From: an uncultured Gemmatimonadales bacterium
GTDB lineage: Bacteria > Gemmatimonadota > Gemmatimonadetes > Gemmatimonadales > GWC2-71-9
Direction: 5' to 3'
NCBI GenBank assembly: GCA_963842945.1
Contig: CAWJIM010000010.1
Coordinates: 1-31,638 of the forward strand
Length of the DNA stretch: 31,638 nucleotides
A model generated the notes under the pieces. The model had not been told where the DNA came from, made no database searches, and saw only the letters and a list, made by a program, of their open reading frames with translations. The translations under genes and the position numbers were made by a program. Shown here piece by piece: positions 27,964 to 31,638 of the stretch (its first letter is position 1; each line of letters starts with the position of its first letter).

Positions 27964-29366
27964 TGGAGGCATTCGCGCTCCTGGTGCTGGCGATCGGGTC
28001 CGGAGTGCTCGGCTGGCTCCTGGGACGGAAGCAGGGCACCAGCGCGCTCCGCTCGGGAGTAGCGCCCCATCTTCTTCCCGATCCGGCCCTCGAGTGGCTG
28101 CGCCGGGCTCATCGCGCGATCGGGGTTTGGGTGTCCGAGCTCGATCCCCAGGAGGAAGGTCCCCGGGCCGAGCGGATCGTGGAGCCGGAGCGGCTCTCGG
28201 TCGCTCAGATCGTTGCCGTCGACCGCCGGCTCGAGCGGGCACGGGACCAGGAACAGAGCGGGGCGGAGCGGATGGAAGGCGGAATGCTGGTGTTCCACGC
28301 CCAGGCCGGCTCGGCCGTTGGGCTGCTGTTGTCCGACAAGTTCGAGGCCGGTGGACTCGACGGGGTAGAAGACGATCTGCGCCGGCTGCTCGATGGAGTT
28401 CGCCGCCGTCCCAATCTCGTCGCTCTGGCTCAGGCGCAGTCTCAGGGGGCGTCGCTCGAGTCGGTGGGCAGCGTGGGCCTTCGACTCGCGTACCAGCTCG
28501 AGCGGACCCTGGACAGCCAGGCCATCGTCGCCGCGCTGGATGCCGGAAACGTCCGGGTCATCGGGGTCTCCGGGCGGGCCGACCGGCGTTTGCTCGACAG
28601 TCAGCTGCCCGACGCCAGTGAACTGGCCCAAGTCGCTCGCGGCATTCAGGAGGCACATATCTCCCAGGGCGACCCCCTGGGCGGGGCCGTGGCCGACCGC
28701 CGGAGCCGCTCCGGCTCGGTCATGCTGCTTCCCATCCGGCATGATTTGAAGCCGGTTGGCGCCGTTGCCATCTGGCTCTCGACCGGGAGAGAGCCCTCAG
28801 GTCCAGCCCGAGCCGAGATTATGGAAGCGATTCACAATGCGGCCGCGCGCATCGACCGCGCACTGGAAGCCGACCAGCACAAACGAGCAGCCACGATCGA
28901 TCCGCTGACCGGGCTCCATAACCGGCGAGGGTTCGACGAGACTTTCAGGTCGATTACAGCGGGGCACGGAGCGCTGCTCTATTCCGACCTCGATCGCTTC
29001 AAGAGCCTGAACGACACCCTTGGTCATCCAGCCGGCGATGCGGCGCTGGTCCACTTTGCCCGCATCATCCGGGAGCAGATCCGCACCGGGGACGTCGCCG
29101 GCCGCATTGGAGGAGAGGAGTTCGCCGTCTGGCTGCCGGATACCGACCTGGAGCTCGGCTCCCGAATCGCCGAGCGGATTCGTCTCAAGCTGACCACTAC
29201 GCCGTGGGCCTGGCAGGGCCGCTCCTGGCCACTCAGCGCTTCGTTTGGAGTGGCCGCCTGTCCCGAGACCAGCAGCAGCACCGATAATCTGCCGGCCCAG
29301 GCTGACTCGGCGCTCTACCAAGCCAAGCGGAGTGGGCGAAACCGGGTGGAACGAGCGGGGCGATAG
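27960..29366 (+). CDS. Membrane-anchored GAF-like/GGDEF diguanylate cyclase
   Basis: N-terminal TM, DPLTGLHNRR, DLDRFKSLNDTLGHPAGD, RTGD I-site five residues before GGEEF. ATG 27960 overlaps the corA stop. Confidence 0.9.
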   Translation: MMEAFALLVLAIGSGVLGWLLGRKQGTSALRSGVAPHLLPDPALEWLRRAHRAIGVWVSELDPQEEGPRAERIVEPERLSVAQIVAVDRRLERARDQEQSGAERMEGGMLVFHAQAGSAVGLLLSDKFEAGGLDGVEDDLRRLLDGVRRRPNLVALAQAQSQGASLESVGSVGLRLAYQLERTLDSQAIVAALDAGNVRVIGVSGRADRRLLDSQLPDASELAQVARGIQEAHISQGDPLGGAVADRRSRSGSVMLLPIRHDLKPVGAVAIWLSTGREPSGPARAEIMEAIHNAAARIDRALEADQHKRAATIDPLTGLHNRRGFDETFRSITAGHGALLYSDLDRFKSLNDTLGHPAGDAALVHFARIIREQIRTGDVAGRIGGEEFAVWLPDTDLELGSRIAERIRLKLTTTPWAWQGRSWPLSASFGVAACPETSSSTDNLPAQADSALYQAKRSGRNRVERAGR

Positions 29367-29390
29367 GGGCGGAGGGTCGGAGAAGCGGCT

Positions 29391-29558
29391 GGCGGTCGGC
29401 CTGTCAGGCGGTCGGGTAGAGACCAGCTGAAACGCTGAGAAGGTACTTAATCCTAAATAGCTAAGCTATTGCTACATGAAGTCATACATTGGCATCCCTT
29501 TCGCAGGCTCATAACCTCAAACCATCCTCCCACCCTACCGTCTGACTGCCCGACCGCC
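29391..29558. repeat. 27-bp imperfect inverted repeat built from octamer units, enclosing an AT-rich core
   Basis: 29391-29417 GGCGGTCGGCCTGTCAGGCGGTCGGGT vs reverse complement of 29532-29558 GGCGGTCGGGCAGTCAGACGGTAGGGT (23/27 identical). Confidence 0.75.
29462..29505 (+). promoter_or_regulatory. Candidate IHF site plus sigma54 -24/-12 promoter
   Basis: TAAGCTATTGCTA (29462-29474; one mismatch to YAANNNNTTGATW) and TGGCATCCCTTTCGCA (29490-29505; GG-N10-GC). Confidence 0.45.
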
Positions 29559-29574
29559 TATTATTCCAGCACCC

Positions 29575-29935
29575 GGGGGCGACTGGCTTCGACGGGTTTG
29601 ATGAAGGAATTGTAGCGTGCCCAGGTCCAGGTTCCTGGTAAAACTGTCTGGAATGATTCAACTGCCAACACTGAAATGGCACTGGCTGCGTAAGCTGAGC
29701 TAAGCTCGCTTATGCTCCTTCGGCCGATGGAGCCCGCCTGGGGCGCCGCCTGCCGAATCGCAAATCCGGGCTGGCTGGGTGCGTCACTCCGGCGCGTTCG
29801 GCGAGATTTCAGGAGATAGGCTTCGGAGAGGTCGGCTCGACAGCGCTCCGAAGTGACGGCAAGAAGTCGAGCCTACGCACGTAGACGCGGTTCTGGAAGC
29901 TTACTCGGACCAGGGTTCGATTCCCTGCGCCTCCA
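29575..29935 (+). ncRNA. ssrA: tmRNA (one-piece); tag (A)ANTEMALAA
   Basis: 5' GGGGGCG pairs with 3' CGCCTCC giving a G3-U wobble; GGCTTCGAC after the stem; T-arm CAGGG-TTCGATT-CCCTG; tag ORF GCC AAC ACT GAA ATG GCA CTG GCT GCG TAA at 29664-29693; -10-like TATTAT at 29559-29564. Confidence 0.97.
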
Positions 29936-29940
29936 TCAAC

Positions 29941-29976
29941 AAAAAAGGGACTCTCGACCGAGAGTCCCTTTTCTTT
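29941..29976. terminator. Bidirectional intrinsic terminator between ssrA and the convergent protease gene
   Basis: AAAAAA-GGGACTCTC-GACC-GAGAGTCCC-TTTTCTTT. Confidence 0.92.
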
Positions 29977-29989
29977 GCCCCTGCTGATC

Positions 29990-31478
29990 CTATCGCCGGA
30001 AGTAACCGGTCACCCGTCCGGCTCGGTCGACCTTCTTGATCGGGAGTCGCAGCACATCGCGGCCCAGCTGGAGCCGGTGCCGCCCACTCATGGCCCTGAG
30101 GCTCAGGGTCAGCGAGAATGGGTCGGCTCCCACCTTGTTGACCACGTAACCTTGATCGGCCAGGGAAGACACGGTGACAATGCTCAACGGATTCTCTCCC
30201 AGGTCCACGAAACCGGTCATTAGCTCGTTGATGAAGATGGACTCCCGCCAATGACCATCTGCCGTGCCTTCGCCGCCGGTGTCCTCGACCGGCACCTTGC
30301 CACCGGCATAGGCGTTGCCCCCCACCTGGTTGAACGCCGTGATCGCCTGTGCACCGGTGAAATGCGGATCGGTGCCGGTCGCCGGCGGCAAGGATGCATC
30401 GGCCAAGAGCCCCATCGTTGGCCACAGGCTCCCGAATCCAAGCACATGCCCCATTTCGTGCACGATCAGCGCCTGCAGCAGCCCCACGTCCTCGATGCTT
30501 CGCCAGATCCTGTTTGTCGAAGATCATGGCTCCCAGCACGCTGAGACTATTGGAATTTCGAATGTAACAGGGACCGGCCGATCCGAGCACTCCGCCCGGT
30601 CCGTCGATGATGCTATCCAGTTTTACCAAGATCAAAACGTCATCCACCGGCTCGTTGATTGCTGGGTTGGGACCGCACTGGTCCGCTGGGGCAATGAGCT
30701 GAATATCCTCAATATCTCCAGTGACTAGGCCCTCCCAGCGTTCCTGGGCATCGCTGAATGCCCGCCGCTGACTGGGAGTTGCAGTGCCGAGGAAGCGGAT
30801 CTCGATGTTAAAGGAGCTGGTTCCCGTCGCCGTGAACGTGACTGGGTTGCCCGAAATCCCAGCTCCGGCCGCTGTGGCGGTGAGAACGTTGGATCCCTTG
30901 CTGCCCGGCGTCCAGCTGCCGACCTGGGCAATGCCGTTGTTGTCGGTGGCGACCACACCAGTGGTCACCTGGCCACGCCCGGTGGTCACCACAAAGGTCA
31001 CCTCGACCCCGGGTACCGGGTTGTGGTCTGCGTCCGTTACCAGGACGGAAGGCGGCGTCGGCACCGGTTGACCGGCAACCACGGTTTGGCCGTCACCCTG
31101 ATTCTTTTCGACCTGCGTAGGCGTCTGAGATACGGTGACCTCCGCAACCGCACTGGCTGAACCTGCCGTAGCGGTTATCTGGGCGGTTCCACTGCCGGCA
31201 GAAGTGACAACGCCGGTGGATGAGACGCTCGCCACGGCGGGGGCGCTGGTGGTCCAGGCGACCGCCGCATCGGTGATCGCATTACCCTGTTGGTCCGTAA
31301 CTGTCGGCGAGAGTTGCTGGGTCTGGCCGAGGGCGTTAAATGAGAGGGATTGTGGATCGAGAGTGATGTTCGCCGGACCGTTGGGCTCGGTACTGTTCCC
31401 GCCACACCCGGCGAGCACGGCCAGGGCACACAGCAGTCCGGTGTACCCGGCGAACGCTCTCGGGCAAAGCCACTCCAT
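29990..31478 (-). CDS. Lipoprotein with two bacterial Ig-like domains and a leishmanolysin (M8)-like metalloprotease domain, with +1 frameshift near 30500
   Basis: ATG 31478 with GGAG RBS, lipobox LAGC, Big_2-like and invasin-like segments, DGPGGVLGSAGP, then (after removing one A in GCG A AGC) HEMGHVLGFG, HWRE and ELMTG Met-turn; about 495 aa restored. Confidence 0.85.
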
Positions 31479-31638
31479 CGGAAACTCCAGGCAGAAAAAT
31501 CGTGGAAAAATGGTCACTGCAGGGTGGTGGATAATATGGGTTGAACGTACGTTGAGGTCGTCTCGGGCGCCAGAGAGTTCAACTTGGTGTTACGCCCGGC
31601 ACAAGCAAGATTTCTCATCCGGTTTCACGGTAAACCTG

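Noticed and set aside
26785..28242. 485-aa minus-strand ORF over larB/corA/DGC
   Set aside because: Antisense to well-supported genes, low-complexity, no motifs.
29901..30498. Apparent C-terminal extension of the 538-aa ORF running into tmRNA
   Set aside because: Out-of-frame read-through after the frameshift at ~30500; the real C-terminus ends at 29990.
29900..31638. Genomic island integrated at the ssrA 3' end
   Set aside because: No integrase, no duplicated tmRNA 3' end and an intact terminator within the window; sequence beyond the window cannot be assessed.

Overview
High-GC bacterial chromosomal segment, probably Gemmatimonadota (inferred from gene order and protein style, not proven), made up mostly of core housekeeping genes. 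Order: (cdsA 3' end)-dxr-rseP, a convergent unknown gene, rpsO-pnp-M16 peptidase-ald-dut, mreBCD-mrdA-rodA, accD-folC, hisS-proS-lysA-guaA, a minus-strand PTS-IIA/GWxTD pair, dusB-larB-corA-diguanylate cyclase, a tmRNA (tag ANTEMALAA) and a convergent Ig-domain M8-like metalloprotease lipoprotein. Five single-base frameshifts (folC, lysA twice, PTS-IIA, protease) are most likely assembly errors. No mobile element, CRISPR array or defence island was seen. The most interesting signals are small-scale: a candidate IHF site plus sigma54 promoter enclosed by inverted octamer-repeat arms upstream of ssrA; inverted 7/8-nt tandem-repeat hairpins in several intergenic gaps; several apparent leaderless starts, including a 7-codon uORF coupled to mreB; enrichment of Bacteroidota-type D-(S/T)-hydrophobic O-glycosylation motifs in exported proteins; a 69-bp duplication in mreC; and a low-GC patch inside hisS.
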